This document shows, piece after piece, positions 62,858 through 64,000 of a stretch of DNA of 64,000 nt. The DNA comes from Paraspadella gotoi (taxonomy: Eukaryota > Animalia > Chaetognatha). A program made the position numbers and the translations under genes. How positions within the stretch are numbered: position 1 is the first letter of the stretch; every line of letters begins with the position of its first letter. The notes under the pieces are model-generated. The model was given only the letters and a program-made list of their open reading frames with translations. It was not told the origin of the DNA and did no database searches. The DNA lies in assembly GCA_051294375.1 (NCBI GenBank), contig CM119265.1, positions 26,576,564 through 26,640,563 of the forward strand, given 5' to 3'.

Positions 62858-62902
62858 AATGAATGCAATTCAGAGTTTATCAGAAAAATGATCCTACCTC
62901 AG
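62779..62902 (+). CDS. Possible internal exon encoding an Asp-rich tract, unidentified gene
   Basis: tttag|...VKKFESDECES(D)nNECNSEFIRKMILPQ|gtaagt with a consensus donor; it could instead be a chance frame over a (GAC)n repeat. Confidence 0.3.
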
Positions 62903-63064
62903 GTAAGTCGCTACCATTTTTTATTTGCCAATGTATTACTTACCATTCCATCCCTAAAATTTTGAATACTCACTTAATAAGTTAATACCACTTTTACAAT
63001 CTTTTTTGCAAATCGTTAATACCACTTATACAATCGTTTTTGCCCTTGCAGAAACCTTTTTTTT

Positions 63065-63290
63065 TCAACCATCGTTTTCTGCCATTTTAACCTAACTTTA
63101 TGCCATTTTAACCGACCTCTATGCCATTTCATCCACCGATTCTTCCAATTTAACTACCGTCTCTTGCCATTTCAACTACCGTTTCTGCCATTTCAACAAC
63201 CGTTTTATGCCATTTCAACCTCTGATATCTGCCATTTCAATCACCGCATTTTGCCATTTCAACCACCGTTTTTTGCCATTTCAACCACTC
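63065..63290. repeat. Degenerate ~21-bp tandem repeat (TGCCATTTCAACCACCGTTTT-like)
   Basis: The core tgccattt recurs about every 20-22 bp. Confidence 0.85.
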
Positions 63291-63392
63291 TTAGTAATCC
63301 TCCCCCTTCCGCTTTTTTTACTCTTCTATTCTTCGCCCACGTTTCGTTTTTTAGGCCGAACTTTCATCTACATTTACAATTTCGCCTTATCT

Positions 63393-63450
<58 letters not shown>

Positions 63451-64000
63451 CTCCTCTCGTTTTTCGACTATTAGTCTCCTTGCTCGTTCTCCTCTCAACC
63501 AAAAAACAAAAGCGCGACCCACACATAAATGCTCTTTCCACACACACACGCAGCCCAAAAGTTTCCTGTGTCGTAAATGTGGTGGCGCACGCGATGTGTG
63601 TCTCTCTCTCTCGCGGTTGTGGTCGGCGTTGTGGGCGATTCTCGTTAATGTAGCTGTTTTGGGTTTTTTTTTATAAACTTGACTGTTGAATCGGTTGTTT
63701 TGACATTTGCTCAGTTGCTTTTGTCGAGTAATTTATGGAGACTTTAGCGTTTAAATTTGTACGAAAAAGAAATAAAACTTTTTTTTTTTACTTCATCAGA
63801 CCGAACTGAAGTACGTACAGCTTTTCGCTTCGATAAATCGGTCACTTAACCTTGAGTGTGAGTGGAAAATCTATTAGGTGACTGATCAATTAACGAATTA
63901 CGTCCATACGATCAAAATTGTCGTCGTCATTGTCGTCGTCGTCGTCGTCGTCGTCGTCAATACATAAATTCGCAAGTTAAATTAGCTTCCGTGAAATTTC

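Overview
Eukaryotic, most likely invertebrate metazoan, genomic scaffold. It is AT-rich, has spliceosomal introns and dense (AG)n/(GTC)n microsatellites, and contains N-gaps plus error-rich stretches that look like uncorrected long-read fill; several loci appear two to four times. Supported content: (1) an intron-containing CmcJ/NvfI/AsaB-like Fe(II)/2-oxoglutarate dioxygenase gene on the minus strand, from a family best known in bacteria and fungi; (2) a complete 6.1-kb hAT transposon with an 8-bp TSD and a two-exon frameshifted transposase; (3) a 4-kb TTAA-flanked element and several MITE/HINE-like repeats; (4) a 12-exon secreted protein with Met/Ala-rich repeats, two FN3 domains and an unrecognised C-terminal domain; (5) a 6-pyruvoyl-tetrahydropterin synthase gene whose last intron is an array of 31-bp decoy 3' splice sites; (6) a class I SAM-dependent methyltransferase gene; (7) a 5.6-kb cluster of 12 tRNA genes with 12 different anticodons and a LINE ORF1 relic inside it. 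All identifications were made by eye from motifs; no searches were run.
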